Shown one piece after another: positions 21,779 to 24,000 of a stretch of 24,000 bases of DNA. Each line of letters begins with the position of its first letter. The stretch's first letter is position 1. Both the position numbers and the translations under genes were made by a program. Origin of the DNA: Candidatus Deferrimicrobium sp. (GTDB taxonomy: Archaea > Asgardarchaeota > Lokiarchaeia > Helarchaeales > HEL-GB-A); assembly GCA_035531115.1 (NCBI GenBank), contig DATKTP010000243.1:23433-47432 (forward strand), in the 5' to 3' direction. Under the pieces are notes generated by a model that did no database searches, was not told the DNA's origin, and saw only the letters and a program-made list of their open reading frames with translations.

Positions 21779-22609
21779 ATGTATGAAAAACATAAAATAC
21801 CTTATTTTGTACAAAAGAAGATGGAAGAGGGCGGTCCATCGAAAGAAATTTTCCGAGGCAGAATCCTCTTTGATCAATCACGGGAAAAGGATAAATGGCT
21901 TAATGAACATCATTCAGAATTTTTACTATTATTAACGAGTAATGGGTATTCCATCAGTAAAATAACGGAAGGTCCAATTAATTATGCCAATATGAAAGAT
22001 TTTGATATTCTCGTTTTATCCGCAATCCGAACCGGTTCTATGGATTTCAATGCAGTTGAAATTCGATCTATTGCGCAATTTGTGAGTGATGGGCGGGGAT
22101 TATTTCTAATTGGTAATGAATATATTGGGAAAGAGAAGAATTTCAACTATCTATTCAATCAATTATTTGGAATTTCTTTTAGTGATCAAGTATTAGATAA
22201 AGAAAATAATGCAAATCCGGCAGCAGGATGGAGCCATAGCCCGATTATTAGTATTTTTGTCGATCATAAAATAACTAAACAACTTGAAGAAATTGTTCTT
22301 CGAGATGGCTCTGGGTTAAATTTAACAAAATCTTCAGAACCTCTTGCTTTCTCTGCTCCAACAGCAGAACCTGCCTGCGTGCCTGTCATTGGAGCGACAG
22401 AATATGGAAAAGGAAAAGTAATTGCAATTGGCGGGGACGGTATTTTTACAAATGACCCTAGAATCGGTATTAATGCCCGGGATAATGAGCAATTCATTTT
22501 AAACGCATTGGATTGGATGCCATCTTGGACGGATTGTCCACAATGTGGAAGTGGAGTGCCGCCTGCTGAATCACTATGTCCTCGTTGTAAAACACGCGTT
22601 CTACGGTAA
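21779..22609 (+). CDS. Cytosolic DUF4350-like (GATase1-like fold) protein with a C-terminal zinc ribbon
   Basis: ILFDQSREKD...FDILVLSAIRTG...FVSDGRGLFLIGNEY...GKVIAIGGDGIFTND...DNEQFILNALDWM parallels the ectodomain of the 5104-6324 protein. The C-terminal CPQCG-x9-CPRCK motif (nt 22535-22606) is a zinc ribbon. No signal peptide or TM was seen. It lies 46 nt downstream of the E1 gene on the same strand. Confidence 0.65.
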   Translation: MYEKHKIPYFVQKKMEEGGPSKEIFRGRILFDQSREKDKWLNEHHSEFLLLLTSNGYSISKITEGPINYANMKDFDILVLSAIRTGSMDFNAVEIRSIAQFVSDGRGLFLIGNEYIGKEKNFNYLFNQLFGISFSDQVLDKENNANPAAGWSHSPIISIFVDHKITKQLEEIVLRDGSGLNLTKSSEPLAFSAPTAEPACVPVIGATEYGKGKVIAIGGDGIFTNDPRIGINARDNEQFILNALDWMPSWTDCPQCGSGVPPAESLCPRCKTRVLR

Positions 22610-22616
22610 AGGTTGC

Positions 22617-23000
22617 TTAAGAACCTTCATCTACCTTTACTACTTCATCCTTTAAATTCTGAGCGAATAATCTGAGCATCCCTAAAGGAATTTTATTGAC
22701 CTTCGAAGAAAGAATCGCATAACTGATATCATTATTTACGGGACCCACCATTAAAAAGAAATTTTCGGATTCAAATATCTGATTGATGAAATTTGCTTTA
22801 TCCATATGCAAATCTTTTAAAGCACGCTCTCCTGCATCGATTAATCGATTTGCGGAACCCCAAATGCCTTCTGAATCATTTAATCCACATGTTTGCTCTG
22901 CAATTTTTAGTCCATCATTATTTAAAAGCATTACACTCCCGGCACTCATCTTCCGGATTACATTAGTTAGAATGCGATCAAATACTTTTGATTTATGCAT
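22617..23000 (-). CDS. Roadblock/LC7 (MglB-like) domain protein
   Basis: 127 aa with an alpha-beta-alpha-beta-beta-alpha pattern: FDRILTNVIRKMS / GSVMLLNNDGLKIAEQ / GSANRLIDAGERALKDL / INQIFESENFFLMVGPVNNDISYAILSS. This is typical of the Roadblock/LC7 family. Confidence 0.65.
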   Translation of the reverse strand: MHKSKVFDRILTNVIRKMSAGSVMLLNNDGLKIAEQTCGLNDSEGIWGSANRLIDAGERALKDLHMDKANFINQIFESENFFLMVGPVNNDISYAILSSKVNKIPLGMLRLFAQNLKDEVVKVDEGS

Positions 23001-23177
23001 ACTTCTTTAGCCTCTATTGATTTTTTTACGGGGAAAGTTTCTTGTTGAAATAAGGAGGTATGATATCTTTCTTAAATTAAAAGAATATCCTGATATTGAG
23101 TATTTTGCTTCCACAAAATTTTTATAACCCAATTCATGTAGAATTATATCACTCCTAAAAATAAGGCGAATTACAGC

Positions 23178-23780
23178 ATGTCTGAAATAAAAATTTTTAA
23201 TGAATGGGACATTAGCGGAGTCGAAATTAAAGATTTAGGACTACAGCAATACTTGAAATTAACCCCCCATATTAGTTGCCACACACATGGTCGGCATGAA
23301 CATAAACGCTTTCATAAATCACAAGTAAATATTGTCGAGCGCTTTATTAATCGTTTACTTTCGCCAGGCGCGTCTCGTAAGAAAAATGGGGGACGCCAGA
23401 CAGGAACCATCTCTGGAAAAAAAGCAAAAACAATTAATTTGATTAAAAATGTATTTAAGATTATTAATCTCAAAACCCATCAAAATCCAGTTCAAATCTT
23501 GATGAATGCTGTTGTCAATTCTGCCCCTCGCGAAGAAACTACCCGTATAAGTTATGGTGGAATAAATTACCAGCAAAGTGTCGATGTCGCGCCACAACGC
23601 CGGGTTGACCTCTCCTTAAAATTTCTGGTCGAAGCATGTTGGCGTAAAAGCTTCAATACGATTTCAACCATCGAAGAAATAATTGCAAATGAACTAATCT
23701 TGGCTGCAAACAATGATTCTAAAAGTTCCGCTGTAAAAAGGAAAGAAGAAAAAGAAAGAATTGCAGCCTCTGCTCGATAG
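23178..23780 (+). CDS. rps7: 30S ribosomal protein uS7
   Basis: 200 aa. It has the archaeal/eukaryotic-type uS7 N-terminus KIFNEWDISGVEIKDLGLQQYL and the conserved NAVVNSAPREETTRISYGGINYQQSVDVAPQRRVDLSLKFL and KKEEKERIAASAR segments. Confidence 0.9.
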   Translation: MSEIKIFNEWDISGVEIKDLGLQQYLKLTPHISCHTHGRHEHKRFHKSQVNIVERFINRLLSPGASRKKNGGRQTGTISGKKAKTINLIKNVFKIINLKTHQNPVQILMNAVVNSAPREETTRISYGGINYQQSVDVAPQRRVDLSLKFLVEACWRKSFNTISTIEEIIANELILAANNDSKSSAVKRKEEKERIAASAR

Positions 23781-24000
23781 GTTGGATTGTCTAATAACCA
23801 GAAATATCCTTCTGTGTTTTATGATTATCTTTACGAACCTTTCTTTTTACATTTTTTAAAGGTATGATTATCATTCCTATTAAAAGAAAATTTATATACG
23901 ACCATTTACGATCTTTGATTCAATTATGACTTTTAAGGTCAGACAAATCATTAAAAAACAGATTCTTGAATTATTAAAAAGTATATTCTTACAATAATTC

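Noticed and set aside
21779-22609. The DUF4350-like protein as an active Cys-protease-type deubiquitinase
   Set aside because: The position equivalent to the GATase1/PfpI nucleophile elbow has no Cys (LFLIGNEY), and no obvious Cys-His pair is conserved with the paralog. It is kept only as a hypothesis to test, not as a call.
23926-23997. Short ATG ORF (23 aa) near the right edge
   Set aside because: It is too short, Lys/Ile/Leu-rich, has no Shine-Dalgarno and no recognisable motif.
1-24000. Scan for CRISPR arrays, tRNA or rRNA genes, transposases or integrases, and toxin-antitoxin or defence islands
   Set aside because: No regularly spaced repeats were found. No G+C-rich cloverleaf-sized islands occur in the intergenic regions. 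No DDE, Tyr or Ser recombinase motifs appear in any ORF. Apart from the ESCRT/ubiquitin cluster, the window looks like core chromosome.

Overview
This is a gene-dense, AT-rich archaeal chromosome segment (about one-third G+C by eye, not computed). I found no rRNA, tRNA, CRISPR array, transposase or integrase.

The left half (1-11.5 kb) is mostly housekeeping. It holds the 3' end of uL1 followed by uL10/P0 and stalk protein P1, the family-D DNA polymerase large subunit (DP2), a 4xCBS protein, a MazG-like pyrophosphohydrolase, Sec61-beta, a SAM methyltransferase, and a small ribbon-helix-helix (RHH) gene that the ORF track missed. Two uncharacterised multidomain proteins also sit here.

The right half (about 11.5-22.6 kb) is one contiguous ubiquitin-ESCRT supercluster. 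In order it contains ESCRT-III (Vps20/32/60-like), a 907-aa HerA/FtsK-superfamily ATPase, ESCRT-III (Vps2/24/46-like), Vps4, Vps28-like, UEV-Vps23/TSG101-like, a coiled-coil protein, a RING finger, a ubiquitin ending in GG-stop, an E2, an E1-like enzyme, and a DUF4350-like/zinc-ribbon protein. A Roadblock/LC7 gene and uS7 follow. This gene content is the known hallmark of Asgard archaea. The AT-richness suggests a Loki-like lineage, but that cannot be fixed from sequence alone.

The ubiquitin-ESCRT core itself is already described in the literature. The items that look under-described are:
- the large HerA-like ATPase, with unique N- and C-terminal domains, wedged on the same strand between the two ESCRT-III paralogs;
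- the DUF4350-like/zinc-ribbon gene that closes the ubiquitin operon, and its glycosylated membrane paralog at 5.1-6.3 kb;
- a helical tail motif shared between that membrane protein and a 591-aa longin-like/tandem-winged-helix protein;
- the apparent lack of ESCRT-II genes and of any JAMM deubiquitinase in the cluster.

All homology calls come from reading the translations by eye. No searches or structure predictions were run.
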